Part shown: piece after piece, positions 61,772 to 64,000 of the stretch | Position numbering within the stretch: the stretch's first letter is position 1 | Layout: the number at the start of each line of letters is the position of its first letter | Assembly (NCBI GenBank): GCA_964016885.1 | Contig: OZ024742.1 | Span: forward strand, 84,630,001 to 84,694,000 | Direction of reading: 5' to 3' | DNA: 64,000 nucleotides | From: Eledone cirrhosa | Taxonomy: Eukaryota | Notes under the pieces: model-generated | What the model was told of the DNA's origin: nothing | Database searches by the model: none | The model's input: only the letters and a program-made list of their open reading frames with translations | Made by a program: the position numbers and the translations under genes

Positions 61772-61775
61772 AAGA
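61691..61775. repeat. (AAT)n(AAG)n microsatellite, right flank of third cluster
   Basis: Direct reading. Confidence 0.95.
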
Positions 61776-62022
61776 AACGGAAGAAGAAAAAGAAACAGAA
61801 GAATAATTAAATACCAATGAAATATTGGGGGAGTGTGCTATTACCTATCCCAACCTCACACGTTTTCAAACTCTTGCCTTTGTTCCGGGTAAATTATAAT
61901 CTGAAAAAATTCGGCTTCTATTTCTAGCTATTCAGTAAATACGTAGATGCTGTTATTCGTTTATTCCTAAGTAAGTGTGTGGCTTTAGATGAAGTTAAAT
62001 ATTCCGGTTCTCGTTTTGGTCG

Positions 62023-62198
62023 ATTGGCAGTATCGATAGAGGGTCGGACGCCATGCTTTCCAGCATAGCTACGTCCCTTTACGATCTGAGTTCAAATCCC
62101 GCCGAGATTGACTTTGCCTTTCATCCTTACGGGGTCGATAAAATAAAGTACCAGTAATGCACTGGGTTATTGCTGGCCTTGTGCCTAAAGTAGAAACA
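62023..62198 (+). mobile_element. SINE
   Basis: Close match to 2669-2851; ends in attattat. Confidence 0.9.
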
Positions 62199-63258
62199 AT
62201 TATTATGATTAGCTATATATTGATTGAAAACCTTTTCTCTTTTATGCGTATTTAGCAACTTTCTTTAGTAGAGAATTATGATTTTTGAAGAGATGAATAC
62301 CTGAACCACGTGCTGTATTATAAATGTTGTTAATAGCTACATGTCCTTTGTTTGGACCATAATAAATGGCAATTTGAGACACACAAATGCAGAAAATATT
62401 CACTTACCGTTATCTAAGCACACAGCTGTTACATTTGAGTAACCATATAACCGAATACTATGCAGACACTTTTCTCAGCAATACATATTTTAATGGCAGC
62501 AGTCCATTTAAGTTACATTTTGCTAATTTTATGCCTCAAATAGGAACATTTCTGTTCTATACATTTCTTTACCTGCTTTTTTGCGGAACAATCCTAAGAA
62601 AGTTTAAGGATTGGTTATAAATGGAATATTTTCTAAACTGTTTAAATTATAATCACTACCATACATTCTGATAGGTCATCCTCTGAAATTTTAGAAATAA
62701 ATGGATTTTTCCAGCATGTAATTGTAATTAATATAAATTTAGAGAGTCATTTTCATAATATTACTTGCAAAAGACATTAATCATTCATAATCGCTTATTT
62801 AGTTTCTATAACATGCTGCATAATTCCTATTTAAAAATACAGCACAGTCACTTTCAAACCGAACAAAAAATCTTCATCTATTTTAATTCAGCAGTCTTTG
62901 CCCAAACGTATGGATAATTGTAATTTGTAATAGATGACAAAATGATAATCTAAGCTCGGTTAAATTGATATATGTATTGGTTGTAGCAGTTGAGGCCATG
63001 CATTAATCATTTCCATGTGAATAATATTTATAAAATGAAAAATATAATTGGCAATTGTAGATTGAAATATTATTTTTTTTAAATTCAGATGCAGGTGGCC
63101 TATCCAACGTATGATTTGCTGAGACATATATAGGGCAGAGATCGATGTGTAAATGTGACAGGTAAGTTGTTGAATTCAAAACATCTCGTCATATAGAATG
63201 TGGAAATTTCAATTATACCGTAAGACGTTAAGGTTAGACGCTACAGAAAATATATCAT

Positions 63259-63792
<534 letters not shown>

Positions 63793-64000
63793 TTAAGTGG
63801 ATGAAATGAAGTACTCTCTATTGAATTCATCAGTTAATGACAATGATCTGCATGTAAAGCCCCCAAACTTCATTTTGGCTCAAAGTTTCCAGGAATCCTT
63901 ATTGATAGAAATTTGAATTGGAACTTGCAAATCAAGCTATAGAATCCAAAGTATTGACACAAATTAGAATAATCTGTAGGGGACGTAAATGTTTGGACAA

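Noticed and set aside
63089-63161. Host coding exon (T-rich...CAG acceptor, CAG|GTAAGT donor)
   Set aside because: The splice signals look good but all three frames contain stops. It could only be a UTR or non-coding exon, which cannot be supported without RNA data.

Overview
AT-rich eukaryotic DNA, microsatellite- and retroelement-dense, with no recognisable host protein-coding gene. The tRNA-derived SINE resembles, from memory, the abundant octopod cephalopod SINE (inference). About three quarters of the window is retrotransposon. Three (ATT)n/(AAT)n microsatellites (about 6.2-17.2, 27.9-40.9 and 45.3-61.8 kb) have been expanded by serial insertion of two non-LTR clades. These are Tx1-type elements (ORF1 + APE-RT), always sense to (ATT)n, and R4/Dong-type elements (RT + CCHC + PD-(D/E)XK endonuclease), always in the opposite orientation. 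A Penelope-like element (RT + GIY-YIG) forms a 2.3-kb near-perfect inverted repeat with a minimal hammerhead ribozyme (HHR) in each distal end. The most striking non-coding signal is at the left edge: a 310-bp tandem array carrying one type I HHR per unit (retrozyme-like). It is followed by a highly diverged solo monomer that keeps the same fold through compensatory changes, including a U3-A8 catalytic-core covariant and a UUCG-to-GCAA tetraloop swap. All alignments and folds were read by eye; none was computed.
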